A stretch of DNA of 64,000 nt, taken from the NCBI GenBank assembly GCA_038256175.1, contig JBBSKP010000001.1:15657-79656 (forward strand), read 5' to 3'. Positions within the stretch are counted from its first letter, which is position 1; each line of letters opens with the position of its first letter. The notes under the pieces were generated by a model, which saw only the letters and a list, made by a program, of their open reading frames with translations, searched no databases and was not told the DNA's origin. The position numbers and the translations under genes are program-made. Positions 37,138 through 45,609 of this stretch are shown piece by piece. The stretch comes from Mycobacteriales bacterium (GTDB taxonomy: Bacteria; Actinomycetota; Actinomycetes; Mycobacteriales; Mycobacteriaceae).

Positions 37138-37153
37138 TTCACAAGCAACGGTG
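37138..37153 (+). promoter_or_regulatory. candidate CRP-family site 2 upstream of whiB1
   Basis: cGTGAaagcatTCACa, a match to the TGTGA-n6-TCACA core, 76 nt upstream of the whiB1 ATG. Confidence 0.55.
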
Positions 37154-37228
37154 CGGAAATATTCGAGACGCGCAAGTAAACAAACAAAAACGAAACGGTG
37201 CTTTGGTGCACCCGGTAAGGAGCAGGGC

Positions 37229-37483
37229 ATGGACTGGCGCCACAACGCTATCTGTCGCGACGAAGACCCGGAACTGTTTTTCCCAGTGGGGAACAGCGGT
37301 CCGGCCCTCGCGCAGATTGCCGATGCCAAGCTGGTCTGCAACCGCTGTCCCGTGACTGCAGATTGCCTCTCGTGGGCACTGAAGTCCGGCCAGGACGCGG
37401 GGGTTTGGGGCGGTATGAGCGAAGACGAGAGGCGTGCGCTGAAACGGCGCAACGCCCGGACCCGGGCTCGTACCACGGTCTGA
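37229..37483 (+). CDS. whiB1: WhiB-family Fe-S redox-sensing transcription factor
   Basis: Start trimmed to ATG 37229 after AAGGAG. MDWRHNAICRDEDPELFFP...CNRCPVTADCLSWAL...GVWGGMSEDERR: four Cys plus the G[VI]WGG turn. Confidence 0.9.
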   Translation: MDWRHNAICRDEDPELFFPVGNSGPALAQIADAKLVCNRCPVTADCLSWALKSGQDAGVWGGMSEDERRALKRRNARTRARTTV

Positions 37484-37502
37484 GTCGAACACCTAGGAAT
37501 TG

Positions 37503-37536
37503 GGCCCGGCACCGCGGAAGGGTGCCGGGCCTTATT
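37503..37536 (+). terminator. intrinsic terminator after whiB1
   Basis: ggcccggcacc-gcggaag-ggtgccgggcc followed by ttattg. Confidence 0.6.
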
Positions 37537-37585
37537 GCTGCCCCGCGCCGGTTCCGGCTGATAGTGCTTCGGGCTAAATAGTGCT

Positions 37586-39085
37586 TCAGCCCCTGCCCGC
37601 ACGACGACCGAGGGGAACGCGCAGAACGGCATCCGTGCCACCGTTCTCCCCCGGATGCAATCCGATCGAACCACCCAACTCGGTGGTGACCAGGGTTCGC
37701 ACGATCTGCAAGCCCAACCGGTCGGAACGTTCGAGACTGAATCCCGGCGGCAATCCGCGCCCGTCGTCATGAATGACCACATCCAACCAGCGCGCCGACC
37801 GCTCCGCCCGCATCGACACCGTCCCAGCAGCGCCGGGATCGAAGGCATGCTCGATCGCATTCTGAACCAGTTCGGTCAGCACCATCACCAGCGGCGTCGC
37901 ACGCTCGGCAGAGAACACCCCGAGCTTGCCCTCCCGGCGAATCTTGACCGGAGTGCTCACGGTCGCGACGTCCGCCATCATCGGCACCAACCGATCGACC
38001 ACATCGTCGAGGTCGACTTCCTCATCGACCGACATCGACAGCATCTCGTGGACCGCGGCAATCGACGTCACGCGCCGTACCGACTCGGTGAGCGCGACGC
38101 GAGCCTCTTCGTTATCCGTGCGCCGGGCTTGCAACCGCAACAGCGCAGCCACAGTTTGCAGATTGTTCTTCACCCGGTGGTGAATCTCTCGGATGGTGGC
38201 GTCCTTGCTGAGCAAGGCACGGTCGCGGCGCTTGACCTCGGTGACATCGCGAACCAGCACCGCGGCACCCGCGAGCTCGCCGTGCGGCCGCAGCACAAGC
38301 GTACGAAGGAGCACGGTCGCACCGTGCGCATCGACTTCCATGCGACGCCCGGCCTTGCCTGCCAGCGCGGCCCGAATATCGGTGACCACTTCCTGCGCGT
38401 CGAACGGATCGGTCACCAAAGACCTTGTGGTGGAAGCGAGATCGTGACCGAACAGCTCGCTGGTGAGGCCCATCCGGTGGTACGCCGACTGCGCGTTGGG
38501 GCTTGCGTAGACCACTTTTCCTTCGGTATCGAGCCTGACGAAGCCGTCACCCGCACGCGGGCTCGAGTGCGTCGCCGCCCGGTCCTCCGGCGTGGGATAA
38601 GTGCCCTCGCTGATCATCTGGCAGAGGTCGTCGGCGCATGCGGTGTACGCCAGCTCGAGGGTACTGCGAACGCGTGAACGCTCGACATCGGTGTCGCGAC
38701 TCAAGACGGCAATGACGTCGTCGCCGCATCGAACCGGGATCGCTTCGCGAAACGAGACAGGCGGCGGAACATCGGCATCGATGCCATCCGCGCGCACGAT
38801 CGACCCATCCATCAACGCACGAATGACCTGCGGGTGCTCCGACTCCGACGCCATCCTCCCGACGACGTCCTCAGCGATCACCGTCGGCGCTGTCGTCGGC
38901 CTGCACTGCGCAACGCAGACAACGGGGCTGCCAGCGGAAATCGATCCCGATCCCACCCACAGCAGCAGATCCGCGAACGAGAGATCCGCGAGCAGCTGCC
39001 AGTCCCCCACCACTCGTTGCAGGTGATCGACCGCAGCTCCAGGCAAGTCGGTGTGATCGGCGAGTAGTTCGCTCAGTGTGGACAT
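37586..39085 (-). CDS. pdtaS: cytoplasmic GAF-PAS histidine kinase PdtaS
   Basis: 499-aa ORF. The N-terminus MSTLSELLADHTDLPGAAVDHLQRVVGDWQLLADLSFADLLLWV matches my memory of PdtaS. HisKA_2-type IREIHHRVKNNLQ and an ATPase domain follow. Confidence 0.8.
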   Translation of the reverse strand: MSTLSELLADHTDLPGAAVDHLQRVVGDWQLLADLSFADLLLWVGSGSISAGSPVVCVAQCRPTTAPTVIAEDVVGRMASESEHPQVIRALMDGSIVRADGIDADVPPPVSFREAIPVRCGDDVIAVLSRDTDVERSRVRSTLELAYTACADDLCQMISEGTYPTPEDRAATHSSPRAGDGFVRLDTEGKVVYASPNAQSAYHRMGLTSELFGHDLASTTRSLVTDPFDAQEVVTDIRAALAGKAGRRMEVDAHGATVLLRTLVLRPHGELAGAAVLVRDVTEVKRRDRALLSKDATIREIHHRVKNNLQTVAALLRLQARRTDNEEARVALTESVRRVTSIAAVHEMLSMSVDEEVDLDDVVDRLVPMMADVATVSTPVKIRREGKLGVFSAERATPLVMVLTELVQNAIEHAFDPGAAGTVSMRAERSARWLDVVIHDDGRGLPPGFSLERSDRLGLQIVRTLVTTELGGSIGLHPGENGGTDAVLRVPLGRRAGRG

Positions 39086-39089
39086 GAGA

Positions 39090-39305
39090 TCAGGAAATCA
39101 CGGCGATCAGATCGCCCTGCTGGATGACGTCGCCGACCTTGACGCCGACAGCCGTAACAGTGCCGTCAACCTCGGCAAGAACCGGGATCTCCATCTTCAT
39201 CGACTCCAAGATGACCAGGGTGTCGCCCTCTTTCACCGGGTCGCCCTCGTTGACCACGATCTCGAAAACGGTGGAAACCATCTCAGCACGGACGTCTTCT
39301 GCCAT
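39090..39305 (-). CDS. biotin/lipoyl-attachment carrier protein (TB7.3/Rv3221c-like)
   Basis: Start trimmed to ATG 39305, giving 71 aa with the biotinylation motif LESMKMEIPV. Confidence 0.85.
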   Translation of the reverse strand: MAEDVRAEMVSTVFEIVVNEGDPVKEGDTLVILESMKMEIPVLAEVDGTVTAVGVKVGDVIQQGDLIAVIS

Positions 39306-39424
39306 CGAGCACCTCTTCATCCAGGGAACGGGGCGAGCGGAGCGAGAGGGGAATCGCACCAGCCAATGGATATACAGCCAACCACACGTGGGAGAATGGC
39401 TCACAACAGAAGGGAGCAGCACAC

Positions 39425-39499
39425 ATGGGTAAGCGTGGTCGTAAGAAGCGCAGCCGTAAGAAGAGCGCCGCCAACCACGGCAAGCGTCCAAACGCCTGA
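39425..39499 (+). CDS. 24-aa basic peptide resembling 50S ribosomal protein bL37
   Basis: Below the ORF-track length cut-off. ATG 39425 is preceded by GGGAG and encodes MGKRGRKKRSRKKSAANHGKRPNA, followed by an intrinsic terminator. ANHGKRPN matches my recollection of mycobacterial bL37. Confidence 0.65.
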   Translation: MGKRGRKKRSRKKSAANHGKRPNA

Positions 39500-39513
39500 C
39501 CGTCACAAACGCG

Positions 39514-39553
39514 AACAGCCGCACACCCACTACGAGGTGTGCGGCTGTTTTGC
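39514..39553. terminator. intrinsic terminator shared by convergent bL37-like gene and rshA
   Basis: aacagccgcacacc-cactacga-ggtgtgcggctgtt followed by ttg on the + strand. Confidence 0.6.
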
Positions 39554-39570
39554 TCTGTCGCGCAGACCGC

Positions 39571-39846
39571 TCAGGCGTCGCTGTCGGTGCGCTCGATCAA
39601 CACCGTTTTGCGGATCTCGATACTGAGGCGCTGCCGCAAGGTATCGGGTGCGCGCTCGCCGCCACACTTACGGCTGAGCAGGCTCTTGATCTGTTCTTCG
39701 ATCCCGTATGCCTCCAGGCATGACCCGCAGCTGTCGAGGTGATGCTGCAACCGCTCGCGACTGGCTTGGTCGCACTCGTTGTCGAGCACAAGCCAGACAT
39801 CAGCTATCACCGCTGAGCAATCGAGTTCGTAGTCGTCCCCGCTCAC
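39571..39846 (-). CDS. rshA: zinc-binding anti-sigma factor (ZAS) RshA
   Basis: 91-aa ORF with [14 protein letters not shown] (HxxxCxxC). GTG start overlaps the sigH TGA (GTGA). Confidence 0.85.
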   Translation of the reverse strand: MSGDDYELDCSAVIADVWLVLDNECDQASRERLQHHLDSCGSCLEAYGIEEQIKSLLSRKCGGERAPDTLRQRLSIEIRKTVLIERTDSDA

Positions 39847-40553
39847 TGCGAAACCTCCTGCTCCGCTGTCGCAGTCACATTCCCCGTCGCTTCGCTCGCC
39901 CGACCCACGTTCCCCGCGTCGCTCGCATCCACAGCGCCATTGCGGTTGAATCCTCGTTCTCTTGCAACGTCGGCAAGCATGCCGCGCAGTTGTTTGCGAC
40001 CGCGATGCAGCCGCGACATGACTGTACCGATCGGAGTGCCCATGATCTCGGCAATCTCCTTATACGGAAACCCCTCGACATCGGCGTAGTACACGGCCAT
40101 CCGAAATTCCTCGGGCAACGCTTGCAACGCCGCCTTGATGTCGTCGTCGGGCAACGCGTCGAGCGCCTCGACTTCGGCCGAACGCAGGCCGGTCGACGTG
40201 TGCTCCGCGGTGGCAGCCAGTTGCCAATCGGTGATCTCGTCGGTCGGATACTGCGCCGGTTGGCGCTGCTTCTTCCGGTACGAGTTGATGTAGGTGTTCG
40301 TCAAGATCCGGTACATCCACGCGCGGAGGTTCGTGCCCTCCTTGAACGAGCGGAACGCCGTGTACGCCTTGACGTAGGTTTCCTGCACCAAGTCTTCCGC
40401 GTCGGCCGGGTTGCGGGTCATCCGCAGCGCAGCACCGTAAAGCTGATCCAAGAGCGGAAGCGCATCACGCTCGAACCGCTCGGTCAGCTCCGCCTCGGTT
40501 TGGCTTCCTTCAGTAGGGGCCGAATCGCCTGCCGGGCTTTCGTCGCCGCGCAC
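39843..40553 (-). CDS. sigH: ECF sigma factor SigH
   Basis: Region 2/4 motifs [31 protein letters not shown] and [25 protein letters not shown]. Start set to GTG 40553 (GAAGGGA upstream; length matches mycobacterial SigH). The track start 40697 lies upstream of the predicted promoter. GTG 40631 after GGAGGGAG is an alternative. Confidence 0.85.
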   Translation of the reverse strand: MRGDESPAGDSAPTEGSQTEAELTERFERDALPLLDQLYGAALRMTRNPADAEDLVQETYVKAYTAFRSFKEGTNLRAWMYRILTNTYINSYRKKQRQPAQYPTDEITDWQLAATAEHTSTGLRSAEVEALDALPDDDIKAALQALPEEFRMAVYYADVEGFPYKEIAEIMGTPIGTVMSRLHRGRKQLRGMLADVARERGFNRNGAVDASDAGNVGRASEATGNVTATAEQEVSQ

Positions 40554-40667
40554 ACTTGTCCCTTCGCTAGCCGTAAACAACAAATCTACAGCTAGGCTCA
40601 GCGGCCGCTCCTCGCAGAGCACTGGCACGGGCGACTCCCTCCACTCGGTGATGTACGTGCTGGGTTC

Positions 40668-40693
40668 AACACGCCCACGACGATCCCTGTTCC
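40668..40693 (-). promoter_or_regulatory. SigH-type autoregulatory promoter
   Basis: On the gene strand GGGAACA (-35, 40693..40688 core) then 17 nt then GTT (40670..40668), a match to GGAAYA-n16-18-GTT. Confidence 0.55.
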
Positions 40694-40714
40694 CCACTGC
40701 CTAATGTTGCGGGT

Positions 40715-41197
40715 ATGACGGGCTCAGCCACTCCTGCGACCAAGGTCCTCGCCGCCGCCAAGGTTGCCTATGAACTGCACCGCTACACCCACGATCCGCG
40801 AGCGGCGTCGTTCGGTACAGAGGCAGCCGATGTGCTCGGTGTCGACGCGAAGGAGGTCTTCAAGACGCTCGTCATCGAACTCTCCGACGGCAGCTTGGCG
40901 GTCGCAGTGCTGCCGGTGTCGGCGCAACTGTCCATGAAGTCGGCAGCGGCAGCGCTAGGCGCAGCACGCGCGGCGATGGCCGATACGGCCAAGGCCGAAC
41001 GCACGACCGGCTATGCGCTCGGCGGGATATCGCCCCTCGGGCAACGTCGCACGCTGCGCACGGTGATCGATTCGTCCGCGCTGGCCTTCCCTCGCGTCTT
41101 CTGCAGCGCCGGGCGGCGGGGTCTGGAGATCGAGCTGGCACCCGCCGATCTGATCGAACTGACCGGCGCAGTCACCGCGACGATTACAGCAGGCTGA
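40715..41197 (+). CDS. ybaK: Cys-tRNA(Pro)/Cys-tRNA(Cys) deacylase YbaK/EbsC family
   Basis: 160-aa ORF with ...VFKTLVIELSDGSLAVAVLP... and TGYALGGISPLG, typical of the YbaK fold. Confidence 0.8.
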   Translation: MTGSATPATKVLAAAKVAYELHRYTHDPRAASFGTEAADVLGVDAKEVFKTLVIELSDGSLAVAVLPVSAQLSMKSAAAALGAARAAMADTAKAERTTGYALGGISPLGQRRTLRTVIDSSALAFPRVFCSAGRRGLEIELAPADLIELTGAVTATITAG

Positions 41198-41963
41198 TCT
41201 GCTCGGCCTGCTGTGTCGGTTCGAATCGTTGGACCAACTCGGGAGCGTTGTTCTTCACGCTGTTCACAAGCTGTGAAACAGGGCGGATCTCGAGTCCGCT
41301 GACCGCGTCCTCGGTGAGTGGCCCGAGCAGTTCGGTTGGAGCCTCGCGGTCCGGATCCAACCATCGATCCCAGCTGTCCGCGGGCATGATCAGGGGCATC
41401 CGATCGTGAATGCGCTGCAACTCCCCCACCGAATCCGTTGTCAGGATCGTGCAACTGAGCAGCGGTGGGCGATCGCCATCACGCCACACCGACCACAGCC
41501 CGGCCATGTAGATGCGTGAACCGTCCGCCGGTGTCATGAAATACGGCACCTTGACGGACTTTCCTGTGGCATCTGCCTCGGTCAACCACTCGTACCAACC
41601 GTCCATCGGCACGAGGCAGCGTTTGGACTTCAACGCATCCCGAAACGAGGGTGTGGTCGCGGCCTTGTCCGCACGAGCATTGAACAGCGGCTTCCCTTTG
41701 GCAGGCACCCCAGGCGCTTCCGCTTTGGTCCAGTGCGGAACCAGGCCCCAGCGCATCCGCCGCACACGCAGCGTCGGATCGTCGTCCGGCGCCGCGCGGT
41801 CGTGCCGTTCGACGACCGTCAACACCTTCGTGGTGGGCGCGACATTGAAGTTCGGACCTGCCTCCTCGGGAAGCAAGTCCTCGTCAGGATCGGTCTCGTC
41901 GATCGCATCCAACTCCACTGCAAGCAGTGCTGGATCCACCGTCGTCGCGTATCTGCCGCACAT
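41184..41963 (-). CDS. SOS-response-associated peptidase (SRAP/YedK family, abasic-site crosslinking)
   Basis: Start trimmed to ATG 41963, giving the obligatory N-terminal MCGRY. Downstream RWGLVPHW and the YEW motif. Confidence 0.85.
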   Translation of the reverse strand: MCGRYATTVDPALLAVELDAIDETDPDEDLLPEEAGPNFNVAPTTKVLTVVERHDRAAPDDDPTLRVRRMRWGLVPHWTKAEAPGVPAKGKPLFNARADKAATTPSFRDALKSKRCLVPMDGWYEWLTEADATGKSVKVPYFMTPADGSRIYMAGLWSVWRDGDRPPLLSCTILTTDSVGELQRIHDRMPLIMPADSWDRWLDPDREAPTELLGPLTEDAVSGLEIRPVSQLVNSVKNNAPELVQRFEPTQQAEQISLL

Positions 41964-42014
41964 ACCGTCCATGCTGGCACGGCACACCGACACGATGCTG
42001 CAAAGATAGACACC

Positions 42015-43283
42015 GTGACCTTCTGGAGCGCACCTTTCGCCGACGCACCCGTCCGCGCCACCGTGGCGCTGCCTGGGTCGAAGTCGATCACCAACCGGGC
42101 GCTCGTTCTCGCCGCACTCGCCGATGGACCGTCCACGATCCGCGGGGCACTGCGCAGTCGAGACACCAATCTCATGATCGACGCGCTCCGCACGATGGGG
42201 ATCGGCATCGTCGGCGACGGCCCCACCCTGGAGGTCACTCCTGGTCCGCTCGTCGGTGGAGCGGTCGATTGTGGGCTCGCTGGGACCGTGATGCGTTTTC
42301 TTCCGTCTGTTGCTGCGCTTGCACAGGGTGACGTCGCCTTCGACGGGGACGAGCAGGCGCGGATCAGACCGCTCGGCACCGTTCTCGACGCCCTGCGCGC
42401 GCTGGAAGCGGCGATCGACGGCGACAGCCTTCCGTTCACGGTCCACGGCCGCGGCGCGCTGCCCGGCGGGACTGTGACCATCGACGCGTCAGGCTCGTCG
42501 CAATTCGTCTCCGGCCTGTTGTTGTCGGCCGCCCGATTCGAACGCGGGGTCAAGGTCCACCACAACGGCAAGTCGGTGCCGTCGATGCCGCACATCGAGA
42601 TGACCGTCGAGATGCTCCGCGCTGCAGGCGTACGCGTCGAATCCCCTTCCGACAGCACCGAAGCCAACACCTGGATGGTGGCACCGGGGCCGATCCGGCC
42701 GGTCAATTGGACCGTAGAACCCGACCTCTCGAATGCCACCGCATTCCTCGCTGCGGCAGCCGTCACCGAAGGCGAGGTGAGCGTTCCCCTCTGGCCGACG
42801 ACGACCACTCAGCCGGGCGACGCGATCCGCGAGATCCTCGACCGGATGGGCGCTGACGTGAACCTTGCCGAATCGGTTCTGACGGTGCGAGGCCCACGAC
42901 AGTTGCACGGGATCGACATCGATCTACACGATGTCGGCGAGCTCACGCCGACCGTGGCTGCCCTTGCCGCACTGGCCGATTCACCTTCGATACTGCGGGG
43001 AATCGCGCACTTGCGCGGTCACGAAACGGACCGGCTCGCCGCACTGTCCACGGAAATCAACGGCCTCGGCGGCAACGTTCGCGAAACCGACGACGGTCTG
43101 GCGATCACGCCGGCTCCGCTGCACGGTGGCCAGTGGCACTCCTACGCCGATCACCGAATGGCAACGGCTGGAGCAATTATCGGCTTGCGGGTCAGCGGCG
43201 TCGAGGTCGATGATGTCGATACCACGGCCAAGACGCTGCCTGGTTTCGTGGATATGTGGAACCGCATGCTGGGGAGAACGTAG
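42015..43283 (+). CDS. aroA: 3-phosphoshikimate 1-carboxyvinyltransferase (EPSP synthase)
   Basis: Start set to GTG 42015 ([38 protein letters not shown]), colinear with the mycobacterial AroA N-terminus. The upstream part of the track ORF is antisense to the SRAP gene. Confidence 0.9.
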   Translation: MTFWSAPFADAPVRATVALPGSKSITNRALVLAALADGPSTIRGALRSRDTNLMIDALRTMGIGIVGDGPTLEVTPGPLVGGAVDCGLAGTVMRFLPSVAALAQGDVAFDGDEQARIRPLGTVLDALRALEAAIDGDSLPFTVHGRGALPGGTVTIDASGSSQFVSGLLLSAARFERGVKVHHNGKSVPSMPHIEMTVEMLRAAGVRVESPSDSTEANTWMVAPGPIRPVNWTVEPDLSNATAFLAAAAVTEGEVSVPLWPTTTTQPGDAIREILDRMGADVNLAESVLTVRGPRQLHGIDIDLHDVGELTPTVAALAALADSPSILRGIAHLRGHETDRLAALSTEINGLGGNVRETDDGLAITPAPLHGGQWHSYADHRMATAGAIIGLRVSGVEVDDVDTTAKTLPGFVDMWNRMLGRT

Positions 43284-43319
43284 CTGAAGCGCCGCGAATA
43301 CGACGAGACCGATGTCCGG

Positions 43320-44303
43320 GTGCGCCCGGGCAGGGCTTCACGTCCGCGCACCAAAACCCGCCCCCTGCACGAGGATGCGGAATCGGCGATGGTCGTCGCC
43401 GTCGACCGTGGCCGGTGGGGTTGCGTCCTCGGCGGTGATCGAGAGCGCCCGGTCATCGCAATGCGGGCCCGCGAACTCGGCCGGACGCCGATCGTAGTCG
43501 GCGATCACGTCGATATCGTCGGCGACATCTCCGGCAAGACAGACACACTCGCGAGGATCGTGCGAGTTGCCGAGCGCAGCACGGTATTACGCCGCACAGC
43601 CGACGACACCGATCCCTACGAGCGGATCGTGGTCGCGAACGCGCAGCAACTCCTGATTGTCGTCGCACTTGCCGATCCGCCCCCACGCACCGGCTTTGTC
43701 GAGCGCACCCTGATCGCGGCGTATGCCGGTGGGCTGCAACCGATCCTGTGCCTGACAAAGAGCGATTTGGCCGCCTCGGAGGAATTTGCCGCCGGGTTCG
43801 CCGACCTCGACCTGACCGTCGTGCTCGGTGGAAGTACCGAGCCGCTCGAAAAGATCGTGCCGATGCTGACCGGCAAGGTGACCGCACTCATCGGCCATTC
43901 GGGGGTCGGCAAGTCGACGTTGGTGAATCGCCTTGTGCCAGATGCATTCCGGGCCGTCGGCGTAGTTTCCGGCGTGGGCAAGGGCAGGCACACGTCGACC
44001 CAGTCGATTGCGCTTCCACTCGAATCCGGCGGCTGGGTGGTCGATACGCCCGGAATCCGATCCTTCGGATTGGCGCATATCTCACCGGCCGACGTGGTCG
44101 CTGCGTTCGCCGACCTCGCTGCGGCCGCAGAGGACTGCCCGCGAGGGTGTACCCATCTCGGCCCACCGGCCGACCCCGAATGCGCACTGGACAAGCTCGA
44201 GGGCAAATCAGCGCGTCGCGTGCAGGCTGTTCGCCTGCTGCTCACTGCCGTCATCAGCAACGACGCCTGGCAGCGTGACGCCAGCCCGCGCAATCCAGTG
44301 TGA
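43320..44303 (+). CDS. rsgA: ribosome small-subunit-dependent GTPase A
   Basis: GHSGVGKSTLVNRL, DTPG, and zinc knuckle CPRGCTHLGPPADPEC. The frame is open from 43284 (CTG right after the aroA TAG) and that stretch looks conserved (see finding). Confidence 0.85.
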   Translation: MRPGRASRPRTKTRPLHEDAESAMVVAVDRGRWGCVLGGDRERPVIAMRARELGRTPIVVGDHVDIVGDISGKTDTLARIVRVAERSTVLRRTADDTDPYERIVVANAQQLLIVVALADPPPRTGFVERTLIAAYAGGLQPILCLTKSDLAASEEFAAGFADLDLTVVLGGSTEPLEKIVPMLTGKVTALIGHSGVGKSTLVNRLVPDAFRAVGVVSGVGKGRHTSTQSIALPLESGGWVVDTPGIRSFGLAHISPADVVAAFADLAAAAEDCPRGCTHLGPPADPECALDKLEGKSARRVQAVRLLLTAVISNDAWQRDASPRNPV

Positions 44304-44340
44304 GTGAGTTTTACCCCTCTGGGGGTTAGACGCGCGCACC
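44299..44340. repeat. REP-like palindromic element, degenerate copy B
   Basis: TGTGAGTGAGTTTTACCCC-tct(g)-GGGGTTAGACGCGCGCACC. It contains the rsgA TGA (44301..44303) and the desaturase TAA (44326..44328). Confidence 0.7.
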
Positions 44341-45549
44341 AGCGCGTAGCGCGTTACGTAACCCGCGCCGCCGACCGGTATTGGGATCGATCGTCGTCTT
44401 CGGATCGGCGAACTTGCGCTCCGACGCCGTCTCCGGCGCATCGTCGGAGGTCGCCTTGAGGAACTTGTCCGGCAACGCCAACTTCGCGATGGTCCGCCAG
44501 GACTTGAGGTACTGCACCGGCAGCGATCCGGTGGTGTACGGCAGGTCGTACTTCTCGGCGAGCTCCTTCACCCGTACGGAAATCTCGCGCAGGCGGTTGC
44601 TCGGCAGATCCGGGAACAGGTGATGCTCGATCTGGTAGCAGAGGTTGCCACTCATGAACTCCGTGACAGGGCCGGCGGAGAAGTTCGCGCTGCCGAGCAT
44701 CTGACGCAAATACCACTCGCCCTGCGTTTCGGTCGCGATGTCGTCTTTGGTGAACTTCTCGGCACCGTCGGGGAAGTGACCGCAAAAGATCACCATGTTC
44801 GTCCAGACGTTGCGCACGATGTTCGCCGTGAGGTTCGCCGTCAATGTGGTCACGAATGCCGGACCGGTCAGCGCCGGGTAGACGACGTAGTCCTTGAGGA
44901 CCTGCTTGCCGAGCTTCTCGAGCACTTCCCGGCGCTTGCGCTCGAAGTCGAGGCGTTCGGGCGAACCCTCCGGGTACTTGCCTTGAGCGACCTTGCCGAG
45001 CTCGAGGTGCTGGATCGCAACGCCGTATTCGAAGAGCAGCTGCAGCACCAGGTTGTAGACGGGGTTGCCGAGGTTGAACGGCTTCCAGCGCCGGTCGCGG
45101 GTCACGCGAAGGAGCCCGTAACCCAGGTCGTCGTCCATACCAAGCACGTTGGTGTATTTGTGATGCAGGTAGTTGTGCGTCTGCTTCCAGTGTGCGGACG
45201 GTCCGACGATGTCCCATTCCCAGGACGTCGAGTGGATCTCCGGATCGTTCATCCAGTCCCACTGGCCGTGCATGATGTTATGACCGAGTTCCATGTTCTC
45301 GATGATCTTCGCAGCGGACAGCATTCCCGTGCCCAGCAGCCATGCGGGCGGGAAGAAGCTTGCGAACAACACTGCGCGGGAACCGATTTCGAGGGACCGC
45401 TGCAGCCGGATCGTGTTGCGAAGGTACTTCGCGTCGCGCAGGCCGCGGGACTCTTCTATGTCACGGCGGATAGCGTCGAACTCTCGACCCAAAGCCTCGA
45501 CATCGGCCTCGGTGAGGTGCGCGTACTCCTTGACATCAGATATCGCCAT
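44326..45549 (-). CDS. desA3: membrane acyl-CoA/acyl-lipid desaturase (DesA3-type, paralog 1)
   Basis: 407-aa ORF with His boxes HNIMHGQWDW, HNYLHHKYTN and QIEHHLFPD. Confidence 0.9.
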   Translation of the reverse strand: MAISDVKEYAHLTEADVEALGREFDAIRRDIEESRGLRDAKYLRNTIRLQRSLEIGSRAVLFASFFPPAWLLGTGMLSAAKIIENMELGHNIMHGQWDWMNDPEIHSTSWEWDIVGPSAHWKQTHNYLHHKYTNVLGMDDDLGYGLLRVTRDRRWKPFNLGNPVYNLVLQLLFEYGVAIQHLELGKVAQGKYPEGSPERLDFERKRREVLEKLGKQVLKDYVVYPALTGPAFVTTLTANLTANIVRNVWTNMVIFCGHFPDGAEKFTKDDIATETQGEWYLRQMLGSANFSAGPVTEFMSGNLCYQIEHHLFPDLPSNRLREISVRVKELAEKYDLPYTTGSLPVQYLKSWRTIAKLALPDKFLKATSDDAPETASERKFADPKTTIDPNTGRRRGLRNALRAGARV

Positions 45550-45551
45550 GC

Positions 45552-45598
45552 ACCTACGGTATCGTAGGTTACGGTCGCGTAGGTTGCTCGCAGGTTAT
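45552..45598 (-). promoter_or_regulatory. repeat array in front of desaturase paralog 1: 7-4-7 palindrome plus three direct CGyAGGTTry repeats
   Basis: + strand: ACCTACG-gtat-CGTAGGT; CGTAGGTTAC (45563), CGTAGGTTGC (45578), CGCAGGTTAT (45589), spacing 15 and 11. The array abuts the ATG at 45549. Confidence 0.45.
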
Positions 45599-45609
45599 AT
45601 GTGAGGCAA

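Noticed and set aside
41733-42446. Upstream extensions of the aroA ORF (+) and of the SRAP ORF (-)
   Set aside because: The two extensions overlap each other antisense. The SRAP family requires Cys2 (MCGRY at 41963), and the AroA N-terminus aligns from GTG 42015.
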